From contig OZ024742.1 in assembly GCA_964016885.1 (NCBI GenBank), positions 58,838,001 through 58,902,000 on the forward strand: a stretch of DNA of 64,000 bases, written 5' to 3'. Both the position numbers and the translations under genes were made by a program. The DNA is from Eledone cirrhosa. Lineage: Eukaryota. The notes beneath the pieces are model-generated. The model had not been told where the DNA came from, made no database searches, and saw only the letters and a list, made by a program, of their open reading frames with translations. Position 1 is the first letter of the stretch. Every line of letters starts with the position of its first letter. Shown one piece after another: positions 1 to 13,521 of the stretch.

Positions 1-3000
1 CGCCCGTGGAGGATTTTCCACTCCCCGGCCTATCACAACTGGAGACAGATTGTGACGACGAGGAGTGGGAAACGGTATCAGGAAAAAAGAAAAAAAGAAA
101 CCCAAAAAGAAAAAATTCTCTTCCTTCCCCCTCCAAAAACAAAATACAGAGGGAAACAAATAAATTAACAAACAAAAAAGTTAGGACAGATATGCCACCA
201 TCCACACCAGCATCACCAACCCCATCACCCCAAACACCAACACCATCATCATCATAAACCCCAACACCACCATCACCTACACCACAAAAGTCACCAAAAT
301 GCGAAACAGAAACAAACCCACAACAAACGCAAACAAAACAAAACAACCAAAACGATACACACTACACAGCATTAAATTTGAACAACAACCAATTATTACA
401 CTACATCCAACACAACACCAGCATCACAGAAAAAGACTACACAACAACCCAAAAATTCACACCACCTCCACACATACAAATCACTCGCATCACACAGAAA
501 ACGTACATGACACTAAAACAAAAATTCCCCAAAGACATCGGAGACTTCCGACAAGCACTCTCCAGGAGGATTTATAAGGACATCTTTCCTGAGGAGGCCA
601 TAAGCAGTGAAAAGGATGGAAAAACCGTCCTTCCTCTACGAGAAGTAAGGTAAGTGGTCTTTCCCATCTTTTCCACTCCATTTCAACATGACTTCACTCA
701 GAATAGGCAGCATAAATGCGCGTGGCTTGGGGTCGTCATGGAAGCAGGGCCACCTGCTCAACGACCTCAGGTCGCTAAACATAGATGTAGTTGCCATCAG
801 CGAGACCAGAATCTCCGAAGCACGGGCCTTCGCACCGATCTTCGGCGGCTACAATGTGTACGCATCTCCCAGCCGTCCGGGATCGGGGGAGGAGTTGCTG
901 TGCTTTTTCGGAGAGGTTTGGATCTTGCCATACGGGCCATCTTCCTGGACCCAGAAGGTAAGTTGGTGGTGCTGGACGTGACCAGTGGAGACGGGCAAGC
1001 TTTCAGGTTAGTGACCGTCTATGCCCCAACAGGAGCAGGGCGGCCTGATTTCTTCCGGCGTCTGGAGACTTTTCTTGGAACGTCCCGCTTTTTAGTGTTA
1101 GTGGGCGACTGGAACGGGATTTTAGATGCACGCTGGGATTGTGTGGGATTAGTGGATAGGGGAGGAGGGTGCAAGAGTCTCACCAACCTGCTCAGGCGTT
1201 TTGAACTGTCTGACAGGTACCGATTGGATTTCCCGAATGTACCAATGTGGACTTGGACAAATCGCATAGGGTCATCCAGATCATATCTAGATAGAGTATT
1301 TTGTAGGGAAATAGATAGGTCTAGCATAGGCTGTCCACAATTCAAGATAGTCAGCTACACGGACCACAAATTCGTGATCTGTGTGCTTGACTTAGATAGG
1401 CTTCATAGACGAGGACCCGGCTACTGGAAGCTAAACGCGTCCTTACCAGCGCGCAAGGCCTACAGCGACCGGATTAGCGAACTAGTTAAGCGGGCGTTGA
1501 TGGGGGCCATCGTCAACAACAAGTGGTGGTTTGCTCTGAGAAGAGCAATTAGAATAGAGTCCATTAGGTTTAGTAAGGCTTTAGCAATAGAGAAAAATAG
1601 AGCAGAGGGAGAATTAGTTAGAAAATTAGACGAGGCGCTTTGCAAAGGCATCGCGAACGACGTACTTGCGGCGAAATTGGCCCTTGACCAATTCTTCAAT
1701 GCAAAGCACGAAGGCTGCGTTGTCAGAGCTAGGGTGCGTGGTCTCAGACACGAGGGGACGAAAGCTGTTTAATGGGCCCGAGTGGCGGAGGCGCGTCGTG
1801 GCAACAAAGCCACGATCCGGTCTTTGGTGGACCACTACGGGCGCATGCTACTCGATCCCGGGCAAATGTGTGAAGCTTTTCAGCGACACTTCGCTCAACT
1901 GTTCGGGGACAGCGGCGGGCCGGATCGAGGGATGGACTTTAGTGTCTACCTCGACGGACTGCCGCGGCTCTCGGCCACTGAGGCGGAGTGTTGCGAAAAG
2001 CCGATAACAGCCGCTGAAGTACGGGAGGCAACGACTGGCTGCACAAGGGGTAAATCGCCTGGTTTGGATGGTCTGCCCTATGAACTTTACGTACAAATGC
2101 AAGACTTGTTCGGAGGCCTCTTGGCGGTCGTCTACTGCAACTGGCAACAGAACGGGACAATTCCCAGCTCTGTGAGCCGAGGAGCGGTGGCGCTGCTGAG
2201 AAAGGATCCGAACAAGGGGGATAACAGATAATTTTAGGCCCATAACTCTGCTAAACACAGAGTTCAAGATTTTGGCCAAGGTGCTAGCAAAGAGGCTGGC
2301 GCTTGTCGTTGGTGGTCTGGTGGGAGAGGCGCAGACATCCGCCATTCCCGACAGATCCATCCACGACAACCTCCACCTCATGCGATACATCGTAGAGAGG
2401 GTAGCTAGGGAACCTGGCACGGGTGGGTCCTTGATCAATTTAGATCAGTCGAAAGCTTTCGATAGGGTCGACCATCGTTACCTAGCGGCAGTCCTGAGGG
2501 CGGCTGGCTTTGGGCCCGTCTTCAGAGGCTGGAGCGCTGCCATGCACGGCGACATCTGCTCTGTGGTGAGAGTGAACGGTCACCTTTCGGAACCGTTCAA
2601 CTTCATGCGCTCGGTCCGCCAAGGATGTCCCCTCTCGTCCCTCATGTACGTATTGACTCTCGAGCCATTACTGCACAAACTGGAGACGTTGAGGGGGGGG
2701 GGTCCCGCGCGAACTAGGATGCGGAAGATCCGTGTCAGCATATGCCGACGATGTCACCGTAGTGGTGTCGAACGCCAAACACATCGAGGCGATCGGCACT
2801 ACACTAAGAGAATACGAAGCGGTGACAGGAGCAATGATCAACCAGGAAAAGTCAGTGGGCCTGCAGCTCGGCACCTGGAGAGGCAGGTCCATGCCGTCCA
2901 ACAGCGTCGTCGGGCGCTGGACGGACGGACCGGTTAAATTGCTAGGGGTCTGGTTCGGTCCAGACCTCCAGACGGACAAAAACTGGGACGAGGTGACGAG

Positions 3001-4350
3001 CAGGGTGGATTCTCTCACCCAGAAATGGGCCGAGAGGAAGCTATCCCTGAAAGGTCGAGCGGAGGTGGCGAATGCGTACATCGCATCCGTCATCTACTAC
3101 CGCCTGACCGTCGTACCTTGTCCTAAGCCCCGCCTGACTGCGCTGGAGCGTTTGCTCTTTCGCTTCTTGTGGAAGGGACGCGCTCCGATGGTCAGGTGTT
3201 CCATCTGCTGTCAACACCCGCTACGTGGAGGGCTGGGCATGCCGTGGCTGATGATGCGCAGACACGCGCTCAGGCTACGACATCTCCACCTCTTCCTCGA
3301 CGGTGATCAGGTGTGGTCGCCGTTTGCAAGACACGTTTTTCCCCAGCTCGTCTCCTTGACGGAGCTGCAGTCCTGGGTCAAGCGAAGACCGAGAGGGAGC
3401 GCTTGGAGACTGGAATGTCTTCAGGCGCTCACAGCCCTCGACCAATCGGGCAATGTGATCGGTGGAAACTCCACCTTGGCGTTCTATAGGGGATTAGTGG
3501 AGGGGAAGAGCGACGACGTACTTGGAGAAACTCTAGGCGTCGACGAAAATCAACTAGCCAATCTCTTCGGAAGGACTTTCGGGCCGGGGCCTATGGACAA
3601 CTTCCAGAAATCCCTGGCCTGGCAGTGCTACCGAGGAGCTTTGCCAGTTCGGGATAAACTCTACAGGCATGGAGGTGCCGTCAGCCGGGCATGTCCGAGA
3701 TGCGCGCAGGGCGACGAAACCGTCCTGCACGCACTCGTCCAGTGTCCGAGCATTGCTGACTTGTGGGTTTATGTCGAACACCTGCTGTCACGTGTAGGAC
3801 GGATCCAGCTATCAGCTGAGTCCATCGTGAGGATTGCCCCGCCCCCTTTCTTTAGCCTGGAAGGGCAGGCAGTTTTTATCTGTCTGGTGGCCATGGCGAA
3901 AGAGATAGTATGGTGGACACGTTTGAAAGGGCTGAAGACGAGCACTTACCTCTTCGGTGATGCCCTGATTAACTTTTTCAAATTTCATTTGAAAAGGAAA
4001 ATCAGGGTAGAGAGGGAAGTGCTCTCTTCCCAGCATTTTGTTGAAAGATGGGTGAGAGAAGCAAGTATGGCCCGAATGAATGGGCCTTCTCTGAGTATGT
4101 GTCTGTAAATTAAAGGTGGAAAACTGGGAGAGGGCACTTGCCCTGGTGGTCAGGGCCACTGTGGTCTTTTAATGGGCTTTCTCCACAAATGTCCCTTGGA
4201 AGTCTCCCCCCTATTGGGGAATTTTTCTTTGTTATTTTATTTCAACCTCTGTTTTTTTACACGCAGAAATGCCCATTTGTACCGTCCTGTATTGTCCTGT
4301 ACTGTCCTTAATGTCTACTTTATGTGAACCCTTGTGGTTAATAAAGAAAA

Positions 4351-4393
<43 letters not shown>
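1..4393 (+). mobile_element. Tx1-like non-LTR retrotransposon copy A (5' end outside window), ending in (ATT)n tail
   Basis: Pro/Lys/Thr-rich ORF1 end (1-653), APE-RT ORF2, 3' UTR with AATAAA at ~4340 and (ATT)n 4352-4393; 3' UTR layout resembles the other five copies. Confidence 0.93.
688..4108 (+). pseudogene. Disrupted ORF2 (APE endonuclease, reverse transcriptase, CCHC zinc finger) of copy A
   Basis: Motifs SINARGL, YAP, GDWN, SYLDR, TDH, KSPGLDGL, DQSKAFDRVDH, RQGCPLS, YADD and CPRC..ETVLH..C split over frames by stops (1770, 2229) and frameshifts. Confidence 0.93.
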
Positions 4394-4395
<2 letters not shown>

Positions 4396-4590
4396 GGGCG
4401 GTCATGCTTTGCAACATCGTGTTACAGCCCTTAACGGTTTGAGTTCAAATCCTGTCGAGGTTAGCTTTGCCTTTCATCCTTACGGAGTCGATCAAATAAA
4501 GTACCAGTAATGCACTAGGGTCGATTTAGTCGACTTTCCTCTCCCCCCAAATTACTGGCCTTGTGCCTATAGTAGAAATCATTATTATTA
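4394..4590 (+). mobile_element. tRNA-derived SINE (abundant family in this window), internally deleted
   Basis: B-box-like GAGTTCAAATCC, body TTTGCCTTTCATCC..GTCGAT..AAAGTACCAGT and (ATT) tail; homologous to 50693-50885 and many other copies. Confidence 0.8.
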
Positions 4591-4955
4591 GTTGTAGACT
4601 AAGTCTAGTCTAAGTCTGTCTTAAACCAGAAGGCTCGTTTCTTATCCCGATTTCGTGGCATGAAGCGACTGAGGGTTCCCCCTGGATAGGACGACAGTCC
4701 ATCGCAGGGTTAAATCCCCAGCTATTGCTGGTACTCATTTTCAGCTGACTATACTGGAACAACGGGAAATGAAGTTTTTTGGTGTAGAACACAACACGCA
4801 ACCCAACACAGGAATGGAATCCACGACATCATCCGAAAAAAATAGACATAATTTAAAAAGAAAATGATGATTAAATTATGCAAAATGATATCCGCTCACT
4901 CTACATTAGGGCTTCTATCAATCTCATATACTCTATAACGTTTGATCCCCTTCAT

Positions 4956-5720
4956 AATATTTGATCGTCTGCTTTAAGGAATAGATACACTTCTTCACAG
5001 ATAACTAGAAATGAGTGTAGCTATAACATACCAAGAAAATATCAAGTAAAATAACTGACAGAAAAAAAACTCAAAGGACATTTTGGGAGAATAATTCACC
5101 AGCATTATCAATTTATTTTAGATGCCCTAGAAGTATGTCAAATATGTACACATATTTGTGAAATTGAAAAATAAAATGTGTGAAAAATAATGTGCGAAAG
5201 CTGGTTGAAAAACTTTCTTGTAGCAGAAGTATCAACAAGGTATTTAATGTAACGAATCTTGTTGACTTGCAAAGAAATAACTAAAACACATAAATCTTCT
5301 GCATAATGTGTCATTTACTGCAAAATATTTGATCGTCTGCTTCAAGTAAACAACTCATTTCAACATAGATAACTGTGTATATATGAGTGTAACTATACAC
5401 TTGTACCAAGAAACGATCAAGTAAAATAACTTAAAGAAAACCCGAAGGAAATTTTTTGTCGGATATTTTATCAGTATTGTCAACTTTTTTTCAAACACAT
5501 TGGAAAAGAAAATTAGAAAAAAAAAAAAGTATTTTTGAATAAAAGAATGTAAAAAAGGCGCGAAAGCTGGTAGATGAAAAAAGAAAAAAACTTTCACCAT
5601 CATAGAAGTATGAAGGCAACATCAACGATGCCTTTAATGTATGTAACGAATCCAAATTTTGTTTACTCATTTATCTTACGGATGTTTTTCTTTTTGACTT
5701 GCAAAGAAATAAGAAAATCT
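4956..5720. repeat. Diverged direct duplication, ~370-bp unit
   Basis: AATATTTGATCGTCTGCTT, GCGAAAGCTGGT, TGTAACGAATC and GACTTGCAAAGAAATAA each occur twice in the same order. Confidence 0.7.
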
Positions 5721-6175
5721 AAACAATCATAACAAATAAAAAACCACAGACAATTTCTAAACAAGAGGCGGGTAGGAGGAACAGAACGCCGAGTTGGTGC
5801 ACTGACAAATTAGACAGAACATTTTCTAATTGTCAAGATTACTTCTTCGACAGATGGTTCACATATGTATTCCGCTTCGTTCCATGTCAACTAATACGAA
5901 TTACTAGTTTTCAGCAACTTTGTCAGAGTCCACAGTTGTCATGGATACACGCAGTATATTTACATCTAATCTAGTAGATTCTCGTGTCCACAGATAGATG
6001 TCGCTTCATGCTCCCCGGCCGATAGACTAGCGAATGTTTTACCCCTTGGGAGGAAGACGCGCTGAGATAAGGCAGTCTAACCTGCGGGCCCAATACTTGC
6101 AGTGGCTCATCTCCGTTACGATCGCAGTAAGTAGGGAATTAGTTCGGAGACCCATAATGCCAGATGTTTCCACGG

Positions 6176-6212
<37 letters not shown>

Positions 6213-6215
<3 letters not shown>

Positions 6216-6413
6216 CAAGTAAGACCCCGACGGCTGAGCTCAAGCCGTTTCGACGGCTAATTCTGTACTGTAATTGAGTACAGAATTAGCCGTCGAAACG
6301 GCTTGAGCTCAGCCGTCGGGGTCTTACTTGTTCCTATTACCCACTCTACTACCCTAAGTATTGAGTACTTTGGTGCGTTATGGTCCACCTGGTTCCTTAC
6401 CACATTTCCTTCG

Positions 6414-6416
<3 letters not shown>
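6213..6416 (+). mobile_element. Short (TA)n-embedded repeat with 5' fold-back and the 3' half of a hammerhead motif (family H)
   Basis: Perfect inverted arms 6213-6269/6277-6333; GAAAC-GGC..GCC-GTC at 6295-6317; body CCTATTACCCACTCTACTACCCTAAG..CACATTTCCTTCGTTA shared with copies at ~22.8, 33.8, 49.6 and 57.6 kb. Confidence 0.75.
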
Positions 6417-6478
<62 letters not shown>

Positions 6479-6485
6479 TATATAT

Positions 6486-6597
6486 ACACAGGGTGTCGTG
6501 TCCCCAAATCATATATATATACTCTTTGATTACCAGTGCAGGCAATATTTATATAATGCTATTGAAGTATGTATACATTTTTGTGGACACCCTGTAT
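6486..6597. mobile_element. Small Tc1/mariner-type MITE remnant
   Basis: Ends ACAGGGTGTC and GACACCCTGTA are inverted, in TA context. Confidence 0.5.
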
Positions 6598-6643
6598 ATT
6601 ATGTATATACAGGACTCTAACATCTTCAACTTCACATTTCCCC

Positions 6644-7667
<1,024 letters not shown>

Positions 7668-7989
7668 TAGATAGAGAGAGAGAGGGAGAGAGAGAATGAT
7701 AGAGTAGAAGAGAGAAAAAGATATAGAGGAGAAATCGACCCCAATACTGGGCAGGTACATTTTTATCGACCTCGAAAAGATGGACAGCAAAAGTAACCAC
7801 AGTGAGATTTGCACTCAGAACGTAATAAAGATTACTTCACAGATACCTGAAGTATTATCTTAAGTTTAGATATCGCCTTGTTTCGTTCTCTCACTCCAGA
7901 CCAATTGTCTGTAGTTCTCTGCATCTGTCTATGTATTCATACGTTAAATACAGCAATCTGCTTGTCCATGAGTTGGCAAAAGTTAAAAC

Positions 7990-8545
7990 CATCAACAAAA
8001 CAACAAGATCAACAACAACAACAACAGCAGTAGCAACAACTAAAACAACAAAAAAAAAAACAGTAGCAAGAACAACAACAAAAACAACAGCAGTAGCAAC
8101 AACAACAGCAGTCAAAACAAATAGAAGTACAAGAAGAACAACAACAACGATGACGACGATGATAACAGCAATAACAACAACGGCAGCAACAACAACAACA
8201 ATAGAAAACCATAAAAACAACTACAAAAGCAACTACGACAACAATAACAGTAAAATTTGTCGATCGACTTTCGTCAAATCGGACCGAGGAAACAATGTTT
8301 CCGTTGGTCTTTCCAATTGCTAATACTATCTATCGGTCGCAACTCCAGGTAGAAGGAGCAACGTGAAATAAAGTGTCTTGGCCAAGGACATAACGATCCG
8401 GGAATCGAACTGATAACCTCATGATTGCGAATCCAGTTCTCTAACCTATCAGCAACAACAAAACAAAAAACAACAACAGTAACCACAACAATAACAACAA
8501 CGGCAGCAACAACATCAGCAACAACCACAACAGCTCAAGTAACAA
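7990..8545. repeat. Degenerate (ACA)n low-complexity tract interrupted by a SINE fragment (~8330-8450, minus)
   Basis: Runs of ACA/GCA; the insert carries GTGTCTTGGCCAAGGACA and GGAATCGAAC (reverse-complement B-box). Confidence 0.75.
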
Positions 8546-8702
8546 TAATAAAAACGGTCAATAAAACTGTCGTAAGTGATAGAATGCAGTTAGGTGAGAA
8601 GTGCATCACTTCTGATGGTAGTATTACAATATCAGTACCACAAGGACAACACTAAGCGTAAGCGAATGACGCGCCCACGCACACATGATTATGTATCTAT
8701 GA

Positions 8703-8758
<56 letters not shown>

Positions 8759-8937
8759 GTGGATGGATACTTCAACAGGTACAATGTACTTGTAGAAATA
8801 TTCAAGTTGTTTATAATACATGTGGTTCAATGGCACTAATTCGAGATACCAGAACAATATAAAAGTAGCGAAACAAACGGTTATTAAACAATTTTCTAAA
8901 TAAATTAAAAAATGATTAAATAATCACCTGTTCAGAT

Positions 8938-9018
8938 GCTGTTACCGACGGTTTCATCATTCCGAAAGATTGGAAATCCAACGAATTTCCAATGGAAAGA
9001 AATGAATCTTCAGACAGC
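8938..9018 (-). ncRNA. Type I hammerhead ribozyme (inverted monomer)
   Basis: Reverse complement of 9241-9321. Confidence 0.8.
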
Positions 9019-9240
9019 CCTATTTCCACGCTATAAGGTATAGCAAGTAAATATTATGCTCCCTGCCCAACGCATGCGGTCAAGCCGTTAAAGTGATACA
9101 CACGCAAATCAGGTCGCTGATAAAAGCTGGATATTATAAACATGTCGAATTGCCACTAAAATTAGCGGCATTATTCAACGTTTTGTTCTCTACGTAAGGA
9201 GAATAAATTTACTTGCTATACCTTATAGCGTGGAAATAGG

Positions 9241-9321
9241 GCTGTCTGAAGATTCATTTCTTTCCATTGGAAATTCGTTGGATTTCCAATCTTTCGGAAT
9301 GATGAAACCGTCGGTAACAGC
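9241..9321 (+). ncRNA. Type I hammerhead ribozyme, array unit 1; predicted cleavage after GUA (9316)
   Basis: Stem I GCTGT/ACAGC; core CTGAAGA (9246-9252) and GAAA (9304); long stem II TCATTTC/GGAATGA with inner hairpin ATTGGAAATTC/GGATTTCCAAT; short stem III ACC-GTC-GGT. Confidence 0.85.
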
Positions 9322-9697
9322 ATCTGAACAGGTGATTATTTAATCATTTTTTAATTTATTTAGAAAATTGTTTAATAACCGTTTGTTTCGCTACTTTTAT
9401 ATTGTTCTGGTATCTCGAATTAGTGCCATTGAACCACATGTATTATAAACAACTTGAATATTTCTACAAGTACATTGTACCTGTTGAAGTATCCATCCAC
9501 TTCTATAATTTATTCTCCTTACGTAGAGAACAAAACGTTGAATAATGCCGCTAATTTTAGTGGCAATTCGACATGTTTATAATATCCAGCTTTTATCAGC
9601 GACCTGATTTGCGTGTGTATCACTTTAACGGCTTGACCGCATGCGTTGGGCAGGGAGCATAATATTTACTTGCTATACCTTATAGCGTGGAAATAGG

Positions 9698-9778
9698 GCT
9701 GTCTGAAGATTCATTTCTTTCCATTGGAAATTCGTTGGATTTCCAATCTTTCGGAATGATGAAACCGTCGGTAACAGC
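9698..9778 (+). ncRNA. Type I hammerhead ribozyme, array unit 2
   Basis: Same sequence as 9241-9321. Confidence 0.85.
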
Positions 9779-10153
9779 ATCTGAACAGGTGATTATTTAA
9801 TCATTTTTAATTTATTTAGAAAATTGTTTAATAACCGTTTGTTTCGCTACTTTTATATTGTTCTGGTATCTCGAATTAGTGCCATTGAACCACATGTATT
9901 ATAAACAACTTGAATATTTCTACAAGTACATTGTACCTGTTGAAGTATCCATCCACTTCTATAATTTATTCTCCTTACGTAGAGAACAAAACGTTGAATA
10001 ATGCCGCTAATTTTAGTGGCAATTCGACATGTTTATAATATCCAGCTTTTATCAGCGACCTGATTTGCGTGTGTATCACTTTAACGGCTTGACCGCATGC
10101 GTTGGGCAGGGAGCATAATATTTACTTGCTATACCTTATAGCGTGGAAATAGG

Positions 10154-10234
10154 GCTGTCTGAAGATTCATTTCTTTCCATTGGAAATTCGTTGGATTTCC
10201 AATCTTTCGGAATGATGAAACCGTCGGTAACAGC
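10154..10234 (+). ncRNA. Type I hammerhead ribozyme, array unit 3
   Basis: Same sequence as 9241-9321. Confidence 0.85.
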
Positions 10235-10610
10235 ATCTGAACAGGTGATTATTTAATCATTTTTTAATTTATTTAGAAAATTGTTTAATAACCGTTTGTT
10301 TCGCTACTTTTATATTGTTCTGGTATCTCGAATTAGTGCCATTGAACCACATGTATTATAAACAACTTGAATATTTCTACAAGTACATTGTACCTGTTGA
10401 AGTATCCATCCACTTCTATAATTTATTCTCCTTACGTAGAGAACAAAACGTTGAATAATGCCGCTAATTTTAGTGGCAATTCGACATGTTTATAATATCC
10501 AGCTTTTATCAGCGACCTGATTTGCGTGTGTATCACTTTAACGGCTTGACCGCATGCGTTGGGCAGGGAGCATAATATTTACTTGCTATACCTTATAGCG
10601 TGGAAATAGG

Positions 10611-10691
10611 GCTGTCTGAAGATTCATTTCTTTCCATTGGAAATTCGTTGGATTTCCAATCTTTCGGAATGATGAAACCGTCGGTAACAGC
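10611..10691 (+). ncRNA. Type I hammerhead ribozyme, array unit 4
   Basis: Same sequence as 9241-9321. Confidence 0.85.
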
Positions 10692-11067
10692 ATCTGAACA
10701 GGTGATTATTTAATCATTTTTTAATTTATTTAGAAAATTGTTTAATAACCGTTTGTTTCGCTACTTTTATATTGTTCTGGTATCTCGAATTAGTGCCATT
10801 GAACCACATGTATTATAAACAACTTGAATATTTCTACAAGTACATTGTACCTGTTGAAGTATCCATCCACTTCTATAATTTATTCTCCTTACGTAGAGAA
10901 CAAAACGTTGAATAATGCCGCTAATTTTAGTGGCAATTCGACATGTTTATAATATCCAGCTTTTATCAGCGACCTGATTTGCGTGTGTATCACTTTAACG
11001 GCTTGACCGCATGCGTTGGGCAGGGAGCATAATATTTACTTGCTATACCTTATAGCGTGGAAATAGG

Positions 11068-11148
11068 GCTGTCTGAAGATTCATTTCTTTCCATTGGAAA
11101 TTCGTTGGATTTCCAATCTTTCGGAATGATGAAACCGTCGGTAACAGC
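11068..11148 (+). ncRNA. Type I hammerhead ribozyme, array unit 5
   Basis: Same sequence as 9241-9321. Confidence 0.85.
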
Positions 11149-11504
11149 ATCTGAACAGGTGATTATTTAATCATTTTTTAATTTATTTAGAAAATTGTTT
11201 AATAACCGTTTGTTTCGCTACTTTTATATTGTTCTGGTATCTCGAATTAGTGCCATTGAACCACATGTATTATAAACAACTTGAATATTTCTACAAGTAC
11301 ATTGTACCTGTTGAAGTATCCATCCACTTCTATAATTTATTCTCCTTACGTAGAGAACAAATTTTAGTGGCAATTCGACATGTTTATAATATCCAGCTTT
11401 TATCAGCGACCTGATTTGCGTGTGTATCACTTTAACGGCTTGACCGCATGCGTTGGGCAGGGAGCATAATATTTACTTGCTATACCTTATAGCGTGGAAA
11501 TAGG

Positions 11505-11585
11505 GCTGTCTGAAGATTCATTTCTTTCCATTGGAAATTCGTTGGATTTCCAATCTTTCGGAATGATGAAACCGTCGGTAACAGC
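11505..11585 (+). ncRNA. Type I hammerhead ribozyme, array unit 6 (partial unit)
   Basis: Same sequence as 9241-9321. Confidence 0.85.
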
Positions 11586-11682
11586 ATCTGAACAGGTGAT
11601 TATTTAATCATTTTTTAATTTATTTAGAAAATTGTTTAATAACCGTTTGTTTCGCTACTTTTATATATATATATATATATAT

Positions 11683-11805
11683 TTGTTTTTGTTTTGCAAG
11701 GTTTTTGAAATGAAATCGTGTGTCGAAACAAATATTGTTATACTTGGGGATTGTTGTTGTTGTAATAATATTGCCAGAAATATTATTACAACAATCCCCA
11801 AGTAT

Positions 11806-11815
<10 letters not shown>
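11683..11815. repeat. Fold-back fragment of repeat family G (GTTATACTTGGGGA), between (TA)n tracts
   Basis: ATATTGTTATACTTGGGGATTGTTG..TAATAATATT / AATATTATTACAACAATCCCCAAGTATAACAATAT hairpin, preceded by GAAAC-AAATATT-GTT. Confidence 0.65.
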
Positions 11816-11867
<52 letters not shown>

Positions 11868-11870
<3 letters not shown>

Positions 11871-11940
11871 AAAAGAGTCAGGACCCCGACGGGTGAGCTC
11901 CGGCCGTTTCGATAGCTAGATCCGAACTAAGCCACCAATA
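11868..11940 (-). mobile_element. Family H fragment (half-hammerhead)
   Basis: Minus strand reads AGCTATC-GAAAC-GGCCGGAGCTCACCC-GTC-GGGGTCC. Confidence 0.6.
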
Positions 11941-11976
11941 TATATATGTGCGTTGGAGCGAAGACAAATGTTGTTT

Positions 11977-12008
<32 letters not shown>

Positions 12009-12232
12009 GTAACAGTGTGTGTGCGTGTGTGATTGAAAAGGGTCGGGAATAGAAAGCAAAAGAGGATTGCAGGGGAGGAGGAAGAAGAGGAGGAAATGAA
12101 GACAGTATTAATAGTAGGGGGAGTAAATGTAAGATGTAAGTCAATAAACAATGATATCGGTGGTGAAATCTGTGTTAAGTTATATAAAATCAAACTTCCA
12201 TCGTGAATGACAGAAAGAAGACACCTAGATTG

Positions 12233-12295
<63 letters not shown>

Positions 12296-12296
12296 C

Positions 12297-12335
<39 letters not shown>

Positions 12336-12341
12336 ATCTAT
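12233..12341. repeat. (TTTC)n grading into (TATC)n microsatellite
   Basis: Seen directly; abuts the 5' junction of Tx1 copy B. Confidence 0.95.
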
Positions 12342-13325
12342 CTGGGTGCCTGGCACCTCGAGTGCCTTCAGGCGCTCACAGCCCTCTACCAAGCGGAAAT
12401 GGCAATCAGCGGAGACTCCACTTCGACATTCTATAGGGGATTAGTGGAGGATAAGTGCGACAAACGTTCTCGGGGAAACTCTAGGCACCGAGGAAGACGA
12501 ACTGACCAGTCTGTTCGGGAGGACTTTCCGTCCAGGGCCTATGGATAACTTCTAGAAGTCTCTGACCTGGCAGTGCTACCGAGGAGCTCTACCAGTTCGA
12601 GACAAAATCTACAGGCACGGATGCCCTAGCAGAGATGCTGCCAAAAGGACCTGTCCAAGATGCGAGCAGGACATTGAAACCGTTCTACACGCAATTGTTC
12701 AGTTCCCAGGTGTGACCGACCTGTGGAATTATGTCATCCAGTTGTCAGTCGAGTCCATCGTGAGGAACAACCTACCGCCTTCATTTAAGAATGAAGGAGA
12801 GGCGGTTTTCCTCTGCTTGGTGGCTATGGCGAAAGAAAAGAGGTAATATGGTGGACGAGGTTAAAAGGACTGAGGGCAAATACCTCTTTCTCTCCGGACA
12901 ACAACTTATCTCCTTCTTTAAGTACCACTTCAGAAGGAAGGTGAGAGTGGAGAGAGAGGTGCTACACCCCAGTAAATTCGCTGAAAGGTGGGTGAATGTG
13001 GCGAAAATGGCCCGAGTGAATGGGCCTTCTCTGTATATAAACCTGTAGGTTGAGGAAGATAAACAGAGGGAAGACGGGAACACCTATAAAACGTGTTCCT
13101 GGTGTTGAGGGTTGTTCTATCCACGGGGTGCAAAACAACCCTGCAGTAACGTTCCCTCCTATTGGGGATTTCAATTGTTATTTTATTATATATAGTTTAT
13201 TGTTATTTATTAATGTTAAAATTATATGATTTTTATGTAAAACCCCCGCCGTCACGTCTTGTAATGTGCCATTTTTGTACGCCCCTGTTGCAAACAAAGA
13301 AAGATATCTATCTATCTATCTATCT
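12342..13325 (+). mobile_element. Tx1-like copy B, 5'-truncated (~1 kb), (TATC)n tail
   Basis: Homologous to the ORF2 C-terminus (GAWHLECLQAL, CPRC, RVNGPSLYINL stop 13048) plus 3' UTR and TATC tail 13306-13325. Confidence 0.92.
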
Positions 13326-13521
13326 CTGATAGTAGACGTGTGTTACTTCGGCTGCAGCCTTTTTGGATTTGTATTACGTTTTTGACTGTAAGTTTGTGTT
13401 TCATTTGTTTTATTTGTGTGACCTAACCTTCCGCCTGGACTTGCAGACGGGTGGTTATTTTATTTTTACCCCTTTTTGGGGGTAAAACTACTTTGAAAAA
13501 TTTGTATACCAACTTACAATA

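Larger units (their letters stand above)
8752..11666 (+). mobile_element. Retrozyme-like array: one inverted monomer (8752-9209) plus ~5.4 direct copies of a 457-bp HHR-containing unit, flanked by (TA)n
   Basis: Marker ACTTGCTATACC recurs at 9211, 9668, 10124, 10581, 11038 and 11475 (periods 457, 456, 457, 457, 437); the left block is the reverse complement of one unit; each unit holds a hammerhead motif. Confidence 0.9.
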
